31,765 bases of DNA from Myxococcota bacterium (GTDB lineage Bacteria; Myxococcota; UBA4151), in contig JAYZBQ010000030.1 in assembly GCA_036338695.1 (NCBI GenBank), positions 1 through 31,765 of the forward strand, given 5' to 3'. Below the pieces are notes generated by a model that saw nothing but the letters and a program-made list of their open reading frames with translations, was not told the origin of the DNA and did not search any database. Shown here one piece after another: positions 25,017 through 31,765 of this stretch. Position 1 is the first letter of the stretch. The number at the start of each line of letters is the position of its first letter. Both the position numbers and the translations under genes were made by a program.

Positions 25017-26066
25017 TTAGGCTCCCATGCAGATCCCGAGCGACTTCGCCGTCACGAACAAGGGGTGGGTGTGCGGGATCATACGGATCTTTCCTGCGAC
25101 CTCGGAGATCGGTACCGAGGTGATGCGGCCTGCTTTGAACGCAATCATTTGGTTCCAATCTCCATTCATCACGGCACGAGCTGCGGCTGCGCCGAAGCTG
25201 GTCGCCAAGACACGATCGACCGGGCTTGGGCTCCCGCCGCGCTGGAGGTGACCGAGCTGGGTCGCTCGACTCTCGACGCCCGTTCGCTCTTCGATTTGGC
25301 GAGCGAGCGCCCAGCCGACACCGCCGAGTCGTTCGTTCTCAGGATCACGATACAGCGGCTCTCCGTCAACCGGGCGTGCGCCCTCGGCGACGACAACCAG
25401 CGCGTAGCTGCGTCCTCGCCCTCGCACGGTGGCGATCTGCTCGGCGATCGCCTCGAGATCGTAGGGCACCTCTGGGATCACGATGATGTCGGCGCCGCCT
25501 GCGATACCTGCCGTCAGCGCAATCCACCCGGCGTCTCGCCCCATCGTCTCAAGCACCATGACGCGCCGGTGGCTCTCGCCCGTCGTGCGCAAGCGGTCCA
25601 GCGCGTCGGTGGCGCAGCGAAGCGCCGACTCGAAGCCGAAGGTGACGTCGGTACCCGCCACGTCGTTATCGATGGTCTTCGGCACGGCGATCACCGGTAA
25701 GCCCGCCTCCATCAAGCCCGACGCGATCATGGTCGACCCGTCACCGCCGATGCTGATCAATCCTTCAATCCCAAGATCTTTGAAGCGTTGGAGGACCTCA
25801 GAGGAGCGGTCTTGTCCGTTCCAGGAGAAGGGATCGCCGGAGTTGGCGGTCCCGAGGATCGTCCCGCCATCGTCCAGGATCTCCCACACGTTCTCTGGGT
25901 TAAGGTTCATCAACCTCGGCGGCTGATCGAGCAAGCCAAAGTAGGCGTCGCACAGACCGACCAACTCAGGCCCGCGCGCCTCGTGGAGTGTCAGCGTCAG
26001 CGCCCGAAGGACGGCGTTGAGACCAGGGCAGTCGCCCCCACCTGTTAGGACAGCAATTCGTTTCAT
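25017..26066 (-). CDS. pfkA: 6-phosphofructokinase
   Basis: LTGGGDCPGLN, GGTILGT, GGDGS, PKTIDND, ETMGRDAGW, VVAEG and LGHLQRGG. Confidence 0.95.
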   Translation of the reverse strand: MKRIAVLTGGGDCPGLNAVLRALTLTLHEARGPELVGLCDAYFGLLDQPPRLMNLNPENVWEILDDGGTILGTANSGDPFSWNGQDRSSEVLQRFKDLGIEGLISIGGDGSTMIASGLMEAGLPVIAVPKTIDNDVAGTDVTFGFESALRCATDALDRLRTTGESHRRVMVLETMGRDAGWIALTAGIAGGADIIVIPEVPYDLEAIAEQIATVRGRGRSYALVVVAEGARPVDGEPLYRDPENERLGGVGWALARQIEERTGVESRATQLGHLQRGGSPSPVDRVLATSFGAAAARAVMNGDWNQMIAFKAGRITSVPISEVAGKIRMIPHTHPLFVTAKSLGICMGA

Positions 26067-27319
26067 GTTCGCTCCCAGACGCTGAGCAGCTCACCGTGAT
26101 GAGACCCCGGAAAGAGGTCGATCCAGGTCGCTGACCGTATCGAGTAGTTGGTTTCTTTTAAGCCGGCGAGGTCTCGTTGAGCAGCAGCGCGTCCGCAATG
26201 AATGGTGATGATCAATTTCGGTTGTGCCGCAACCAAGGGCTCCGACCACGCCCGATCCATACCAGATCGTGGAGGGTCAACAATGGCTAAATCGACCGAT
26301 GCCGGCCAGCGGTAATCTTGCGCACGTGAGGCGACGAATTGAACCCGCTCGACGGGCTGAGACCACGCGGCAGCGACGTGCGGAGATGACTCGACCGCCT
26401 CGACCTTCCACCCGCGTTTCGCAAGCGCGCGTGCGAAGAAGCCGGTGCCGCTGCCGAGGTCGACCGCAAGCCCGGGTTGAAGGTGTTTGACTGCGTCGAG
26501 GGCGGCGTTGAGGAGCTGCTCTCGCCCAGCGGGGTGAGCCTGGACGAAGGCGAAAGGCGGCGTCGGGAGCCACCCGCCGTCATGGGGGATGCCCACCGCA
26601 AGCGGGCCACTGTAATGGCTCGAGGTGCCCCTGAAGAGTTGGGGTGAGCGGACCGGTTGTTGAAGCCAAGCGACCGCGTCACCGCTTGATCCGGCGGGAG
26701 GGCGCTGAGCCGGTAGCGGGCTCGCCGAGACGAGTCCGATTCCGAAGGCTGCGTAATCGCCAGCCTGCGCTCCCTCGGTCAGGATCACGGCATGAACGCT
26801 CGCAAGCGGCTCGGCGCGGAGCTGGCGGGTCAAAGCTTCGAGGCGTAAACGGGTTGCTGGCGGCGTGATCGGGCACTCAGGTATGGGCAGTCCGTGCTGG
26901 CTCCTCGGGAGCGGTACCGTCAGCTGGATCGCTCCGTCTCTGCGCTCGACCTGCCACTTGGAGCGAGTCCGCCAAGGGCCGCGCCCGGGGCTGGGTAGGC
27001 AGCGCGTTTGGAGCCACGGGAGCGCCTCTTCAAGGGAGCCCTGTCGCCACTGGGCGAGGCGCTCATCGGTCGCCTCCCACTGAGCGCAGCCGCCGCAGCT
27101 TGGGCGGTGAGGGCAGGGCTCAGGCTGGCGGTTGCGCGACGCAAGCACGGCGATCAGTCTGCCGACCCAGCGGTGGGGGCTGCGGTGAACGATCTCAACC
27201 TCAACTCGGTCGCCGATCGTCGCACCCCAGACACGGACCGGTACGCCCGCCTCGGTGGCTGCGAGCCCATAACCTTGGGCGTCGAGCGTCTCGATGGTCA
27301 GTTCAAGCGACGCGGTCAT
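26063..27319 (-). CDS. RlmD/TrmA-family RNA m5U methyltransferase (divergent)
   Basis: TRAM-like N-terminus, CPH...CGGC, FVQ, DLGSGTG, VDPPRSG, a catalytic-position Cys (IHC) and DLFP..HHGE. ATGA overlap supports start 27319. Confidence 0.85.
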   Translation of the reverse strand: MTASLELTIETLDAQGYGLAATEAGVPVRVWGATIGDRVEVEIVHRSPHRWVGRLIAVLASRNRQPEPCPHRPSCGGCAQWEATDERLAQWRQGSLEEALPWLQTRCLPSPGRGPWRTRSKWQVERRDGAIQLTVPLPRSQHGLPIPECPITPPATRLRLEALTRQLRAEPLASVHAVILTEGAQAGDYAAFGIGLVSASPLPAQRPPAGSSGDAVAWLQQPVRSPQLFRGTSSHYSGPLAVGIPHDGGWLPTPPFAFVQAHPAGREQLLNAALDAVKHLQPGLAVDLGSGTGFFARALAKRGWKVEAVESSPHVAAAWSQPVERVQFVASRAQDYRWPASVDLAIVDPPRSGMDRAWSEPLVAAQPKLIITIHCGRAAAQRDLAGLKETNYSIRSATWIDLFPGSHHGELLSVWERT

Positions 27320-27735
27320 GGGCGCGGGCTCACCCAAACGGCGCCGTCCTCACCGAATTCCTTCTTCCAGATCGGGCAGTCCTCTTTGATGCGCTCGATC
27401 GCGTAGCGGCACGCTTCAAAGGCTGGCGCTCGATGCGCAGCGGCGGCCACGACGATGACCGCATCGTCGCCGATCGTGAGGTGACCGATTCGATGATGGC
27501 AGAAGACCGATACCTCAGGCCAGCGCGTGCCGCACTCGGTGACGATCTGAGCAAGAACAGCCTCAGCCATCGGTCGGTAGGCGCTGTAATCGATGGCGTG
27601 TACTGCGCGCCCGTTGGCGTGATCCCTGACCGTGCCCACAAAGACCGCGAGCGCGCCGGCGTCGCTTCGGCGTGCCGCGTCGGTGAGCGCCGTGAGGTCG
27701 AGCGGCTCCTCAGTGATCCGAGTCTGTGGGACCAT
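27316..27735 (-). CDS. moaE: Molybdopterin synthase catalytic subunit
   Basis: GA...FVGTVR, Y..MAE, HRIG.L.IG, AHR..AF and IWKKE. TGATG coupling to moaD. Confidence 0.95.
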   Translation of the reverse strand: MVPQTRITEEPLDLTALTDAARRSDAGALAVFVGTVRDHANGRAVHAIDYSAYRPMAEAVLAQIVTECGTRWPEVSVFCHHRIGHLTIGDDAVIVVAAAAHRAPAFEACRYAIERIKEDCPIWKKEFGEDGAVWVSPRP

Positions 27736-27992
27736 CAGCCGCCCGCAACGGGCGGGATCACCGCGACCGTGTCCGTCGCTTCGATCACCTCGCCCGGTTC
27801 GGCGAAGCGCTCGTTGCGTGCAAGCCTCGAGCACGCCACAACCGAAGCCGCCTCAGGGATCGCCTCGGCGATCCGCTGAAGGAGCGACTCGACGCGTTCG
27901 CCGGCCTGCAGGGGGAGACGCAGCTCGTCGTGTCCGTAGAGCTCTGCGACCGACGCGAAGAGGAGGATGGTCAGTTCGGTTCGATCAGACAC
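27735..27992 (-). CDS. moaD: Molybdopterin synthase sulfur-carrier subunit
   Basis: LLFA..E..G near the N-terminus and VAVIPPVAGG at the C-terminus. Adjacent to moaE. Confidence 0.93.
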   Translation of the reverse strand: MSDRTELTILLFASVAELYGHDELRLPLQAGERVESLLQRIAEAIPEAASVVACSRLARNERFAEPGEVIEATDTVAVIPPVAGG

Positions 27993-28606
27993 GTCTGAAG
28001 TCCCTTAGCGGTCTGGACGCCGTCGTCCGCCGGGCGCAGCGAACCGGTCGCGAGCGCTGCCACGGTGGCGGGCAGCAGTCGGTGTTCCATGCGGTGAACG
28101 CGCGCTGCAAAGTCTTCCAGAGCATCGTCGGGGTGGAGCGGGACCACGCCCTGCATCAGCAGCGGCCCCTCGTCGACGACGGCTGTGACCAAATGCGTTG
28201 AGCAGCCCCCTGCGCGCACCTTCGCTGCAAAGGCGTCCTCGAGGGCGTGCGCGCCAGGGAACGACGGCAGCAGCGACGGGTGGAGGTTGACGATGGGGCA
28301 GGGAGCCCGCTCCAGGAAGTAGGGGGTGAGGATGCGCATGAACCCGGCAAGGATAATCATCTCGACCTCGAAAGGCTCGATCGCCTCGAGCAGCCCCTGC
28401 TCAAAATCGTGGCGGCTTGAGAACGCCTTGTGGTCGACTAACGCCGCCGGAATCCCTGCAGACCGGGCATGGTCCAGCGCGCCACAGCCGGGCTTGTTGA
28501 CGATGAGCGCCTCGAGGGTTGCGCCGCCGAGTTGATCACGCTGCGCTGCGTCGATTAGCGCTGCGAAGTTGCTGCCGCGCCCCGACGCAAAGACAACCGA
28601 TTTCAC
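27971..28606 (-). CDS. purN: Phosphoribosylglycinamide formyltransferase
   Basis: FASGRGSN, LAGFMRIL, NLHPSLLPSFPG, VDEGP and EH.L.P. Confidence 0.96.
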   Translation of the reverse strand: MKSVVFASGRGSNFAALIDAAQRDQLGGATLEALIVNKPGCGALDHARSAGIPAALVDHKAFSSRHDFEQGLLEAIEPFEVEMIILAGFMRILTPYFLERAPCPIVNLHPSLLPSFPGAHALEDAFAAKVRAGGCSTHLVTAVVDEGPLLMQGVVPLHPDDALEDFAARVHRMEHRLLPATVAALATGSLRPADDGVQTAKGLQTCLIEPN

Positions 28607-29628
28607 GGTCTGCGCTCAGCGAAGCGCACGCCCGGCTCGTCGGTAATGCAGCCGACGATGCGGCCACCCGAACGACGCGCCACGTCCTCGGCTTGATCGG
28701 GCCCCACCATCAGGATCATCCCGAGACCCATGTTGAAGGTCCGGCGCAGCTCGTGCTCCTCGACTCGGTCGAGGCTGCGAATCCAGGTATAGATCGCCGG
28801 CTCATCCCAGGCGTCGAGCCAAAGCTCGGCGCCGTACTCCGGAGGCAGCGATCTGGGCAGATTCTCGGTCAAGCCGCCGCCTGTGATGTGTGCGGCTGCT
28901 TGGAAGGCTTCCTCTTGAGCAAGCGTCGCCAGCAATCGGCTGTAGATCGCCGTCGGCTCGAGGAGCATGTCGACCACGCGCCGTCCGCGGAAAACGCGCT
29001 GCTCCTCGCTCGCCTCGCTCAAGAGGCGGCGGGCGAGTGAGTAGCCGTTGGAGTGGAGGCCGGAGCTCGGCAAGCCGACCAACAGCGCGTCCTTGCTCAC
29101 ATGCTGAGGACCCCGTAGCGCAGAGCGTTCGGCGATACCGACGGCGAAACCCGCCAGGTCGTAGTCACCGTCTTGATAAAATCCGGGCAGTTCCGCCGTC
29201 TCTCCGCCGACCAGCGCACAGCCTGCGAGCGCGCAGGCATCGGCGATACCGCGCACCACGCTCGCTGCGACGTCGACATCGAGTCGTCCGGTCGCAAAGT
29301 AGTCTAGAAAGAATAGGGGCTGAGCGCCGGCGACCGCAATGTCGTTGACGCACATGGCGACCAGGTCCTGCCCGACGCGCTCGTGCTGCCCGTGGTCGAT
29401 CGCAAGACGCAGCTTCGTCCCGACACCGTCCGTGCCGCTCACCAAAACCGGGTCATCCCATCGACCCGCCTCATTGAGGGCGAACAACGCGCCGAAGCCG
29501 CCGATCGAATCGAGCACACCCGGCACGCGGGTGGCGCCGACGTCCTCTTTGATCGCCTGAACGAACTCGTCGCCTTTGTCGATGTCGACGCCCGCGTCTG
29601 CGTAGGTCAGCGCATCCTTGTGAGTCAT
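28603..29628 (-). CDS. purM: Phosphoribosylformylglycinamidine cyclo-ligase (AIR synthase)
   Basis: TY..AGVDI, GTDGVGTK, VAMCVND, GGETAE, SSGLHSNGYSL, HITGGG and TFNMG. GGAG precedes ATG 29628. Confidence 0.97.
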   Translation of the reverse strand: MTHKDALTYADAGVDIDKGDEFVQAIKEDVGATRVPGVLDSIGGFGALFALNEAGRWDDPVLVSGTDGVGTKLRLAIDHGQHERVGQDLVAMCVNDIAVAGAQPLFFLDYFATGRLDVDVAASVVRGIADACALAGCALVGGETAELPGFYQDGDYDLAGFAVGIAERSALRGPQHVSKDALLVGLPSSGLHSNGYSLARRLLSEASEEQRVFRGRRVVDMLLEPTAIYSRLLATLAQEEAFQAAAHITGGGLTENLPRSLPPEYGAELWLDAWDEPAIYTWIRSLDRVEEHELRRTFNMGLGMILMVGPDQAEDVARRSGGRIVGCITDEPGVRFAERRP

Positions 29629-29718
29629 CTGATGATCTCCCGCTCCGAGCGGGCACGTCGTAGTGCAAACTGGACAAAGATCCAATGCGGTTTAGCTGAT
29701 CCCTTACAATTGCCCGCA

Positions 29719-30387
29719 ATGTCTCTTACACCCGTCCGCATGACGATCCGTGGCACCCGTTTGTTTCTCCACCTGCCGACGCAGCTGAGCGATGCGCTGC
29801 GTGAGCATCTCGGGGCGGCGCCTAGCGCTGATTTCTTGACCGCTGTTCAGGAGGACCTGCTCGACCTCGCCGCCACGTGGCGACGGGTGGGGCGTGAGCG
29901 GGACGTCGTGGTCTTCTTGGATGAAGCAGACGACGCCGCGCTGCACCGTGTGGCTCGCCGTGGCTTGACCCCGGTGCGTGGGGTCACCAGCCGTGAGCTC
30001 ATGCGCCAGCGGGCACGGAAAGCGCTCGGCGACTGCCGGGTGGTGGTGGTGCTGGATCAGCCGGCACCGGATTACAGCTTGAGCGCCATCGACAGCCTTT
30101 TTCGTCGAGCGCTCGAGGGCATCGCGACGGTGGCTGATTTGAGCGGCGACTGGTTAGGCTTGGGGGTGTGCGAAGGTCATAAAGCGGTGCTCGATGAAGG
30201 GACATCGTTATCGGCCCTGGTCGAGCGGGCGCGGCTGCGAGCCATTCCTGTGCATCCTCTGGCGCCGTCAGGGCGGCTGGATGACGCCCGCGACCTCGAG
30301 GCGTTGCGGTTCCGCATTCTCGAGCGGCGGGCGCGTGCGCCGCGGAGTCGCCGGGTCCTGCTCGCGCTCGACGCTGCGGAGCGCTAA
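29719..30387 (+). CDS. Divergent DUF2064/CofC-like nucleotidyltransferase-fold protein
   Basis: Pattern L..HLG...A.F......DLL, VVVV.D.P, G.WL.LG, LDD..DL..L and APRSRR.L. Start uncertain (29719 or 29740). Confidence 0.5.
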   Translation: MSLTPVRMTIRGTRLFLHLPTQLSDALREHLGAAPSADFLTAVQEDLLDLAATWRRVGRERDVVVFLDEADDAALHRVARRGLTPVRGVTSRELMRQRARKALGDCRVVVVLDQPAPDYSLSAIDSLFRRALEGIATVADLSGDWLGLGVCEGHKAVLDEGTSLSALVERARLRAIPVHPLAPSGRLDDARDLEALRFRILERRARAPRSRRVLLALDAAER

Positions 30388-30449
30388 GGAACTTGACCGC
30401 TCCGGGATAGGGAATCAAGCTAGCGTATTGGCGAGGTGGGAGATCGAGA

Positions 30450-31765
30450 GTGCGGGTCCGCTGGGTACAAATGCTCATCGCGTTGGTGGTGATCCTGTCG
30501 TTTTGTGGGTTGCACTTTGTCAAAGAGGTTCGTCGCTGGGAGGGCAACTTTGTCCACGGCCTCGAGCTCAAGTACCTCGACCACAAGTTTCAAAGCCGCG
30601 GCCCTGTGCCGGTCAACCCGAAGGTGGTGATCGCTGCGGTCGATGAGAAGGCGCTGGCTCGCTTTGGCGTGTGGGGCTCTTGGGATCGCACCGTCTTCGC
30701 CGCCATGATCCAAAATTTGGCAGAGGCTGGCGCTGCGGTCGTCGGGTTTGACGCCATCTTCTCCGACCAGAGCCGAGCCGACTACCGCGCCGCCGCCGAG
30801 CGGCTGCGGCGCTCGCTGTTTACGCTGGGACTTGCGAATCCTGACGCAGACGGTGAGGGCGAGGGGCAGAGCTCGCCACTCGAAGCCTGGCTCGTCGCCA
30901 ACCCCGAACACCCTGCGGCGCCCGCTGTGACCGCAGCGATCGCCAACATCCGTGACCAGATGGCGAACGATAAGTCTTTTTGGAGCGACCCGGACCAGAG
31001 TCTCCAAGACGCGTTCGATGAGTATTCCGATCGTGTCGTTCAGGGGTACGTCGCCATGTTCAAGGAAGACTCGGACACCTTCTTTAAGTCGGAGACGACG
31101 GTCCCTCAGTGGCTGCTGGACAATGAGTACATCGACGCCGTCTACCAAGAGGAGCCAGCCGAGGCGGGCGAGAAGCGCAAGGCAGTGGCGCTTGAGCCTG
31201 CGGATGAGGCGCTCCGACGCATGCCCTTCCCCGAAGCCAAAGGCGGCATCATCTCACCGCTCGCTCGGTTCACCGAGCCGGGTGAGTTCTTCGGCTACTT
31301 TAGCATCTCGCCGGATGATGACGGGACCCTGCGTCACATGCACCTGATGACGCGTCTCGACCAGTCGGTTGTTCCGAGCTTAGCGCTGCAGTGTGCCTCG
31401 ATCTACTTCGGCGCATCGATCTTACCGCTCGCTAACGAGCTCTACCCCAACGCGCTCGGCGGGGTCCGGTTCATGGTCGAAGAGGGGGGCGGCGGCAAAG
31501 ACCCCGTGATTCCGACCGATCAGATGGGCCGGATGATCATCAATTATCTCGGCCCGCCCGGAGAGGTGTTCCCGCGCATTAGCGTCGCCGATATGGTCGA
31601 CGCCATGCCCGCAGAGCGTGCGCAAGCGGCGATGGCGGAAGGGAAGATGTCGGCGCAAGAGATGCAGCGGCGCGTGGAGAACTGGAATCGAGTACGCCGG
31701 ATCGTCAAGGATAAGGTCGTCTTGTTTGGCACCACCGCAATCGGGACCTACGATCAACGGATTAC
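30450..31765 (+). CDS. CHASE2 sensor-domain membrane protein, truncated by the window end (often fused to an adenylate cyclase)
   Basis: Open frame missing from the track: N-terminal TM, LD.KF..RG, VVIAAVDEKALARFG.W..WDR, VVGFDAIFSD, D.DG.LR and KVVLFGTTA.GTYDQRIT. Start at GTG 30450 or ATG 30471. Confidence 0.85.
   Translation, partial: MRVRWVQMLIALVVILSFCGLHFVKEVRRWEGNFVHGLELKYLDHKFQSRGPVPVNPKVVIAAVDEKALARFGVWGSWDRTVFAAMIQNLAEAGAAVVGFDAIFSDQSRADYRAAAERLRRSLFTLGLANPDADGEGEGQSSPLEAWLVANPEHPAAPAVTAAIANIRDQMANDKSFWSDPDQSLQDAFDEYSDRVVQGYVAMFKEDSDTFFKSETTVPQWLLDNEYIDAVYQEEPAEAGEKRKAVALEPADEALRRMPFPEAKGGIISPLARFTEPGEFFGYFSISPDDDGTLRHMHLMTRLDQSVVPSLALQCASIYFGASILPLANELYPNALGGVRFMVEEGGGGKDPVIPTDQMGRMIINYLGPPGEVFPRISVADMVDAMPAERAQAAMAEGKMSAQEMQRRVENWNRVRRIVKDKVVLFGTTAIGTYDQRI

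Noticed and set aside
30420..31757. Minus-strand ORFs 30420-31148 and 31422-31757
   Set aside because: Antisense to the CHASE2 frame, which the track omits because it runs off the window.

Overview
GC-rich bacterial chromosomal window. The abundance of Cys-rich lipoproteins, FHA proteins, a sigma54 activator and a Ser/Thr kinase suggests a Myxococcota-like deltaproteobacterium (inference). From left to right: a 5S rRNA gene with a terminator; a His-rich outer-membrane protein, an HI0933/YhiN flavoprotein and a B12-binding radical SAM gene; a six-gene branched-chain amino acid operon (ilvD-ilvC-ilvG-ilvM-ilvE-ilvA); a convergent tRNA-Val(GAC); several large lipoproteins and dciA; an FHA plus degenerate GGDEF gene; an 11-gene minus-strand run (purM, purN, moaD, moaE, rlmD-like, pfkA, Ser/Thr kinase, membrane protein, FHA-GAF-sigma54 activator, two lipoproteins); a DUF2064-like gene; and a truncated CHASE2 sensor. 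The most striking element is absent from the ORF track: a 47-codon ORF at 3868-4011 made of seven tandem MN(G/E/A)(V/I)(T/N) pentapeptides. Its stop codon lies inside a 16-position antiterminator helix that competes with a terminator just upstream of ilvD. This looks like a ribosome-mediated attenuator with an unusual repeat-expanded leader peptide. All family calls come from motif recognition by eye; no database searches were run.
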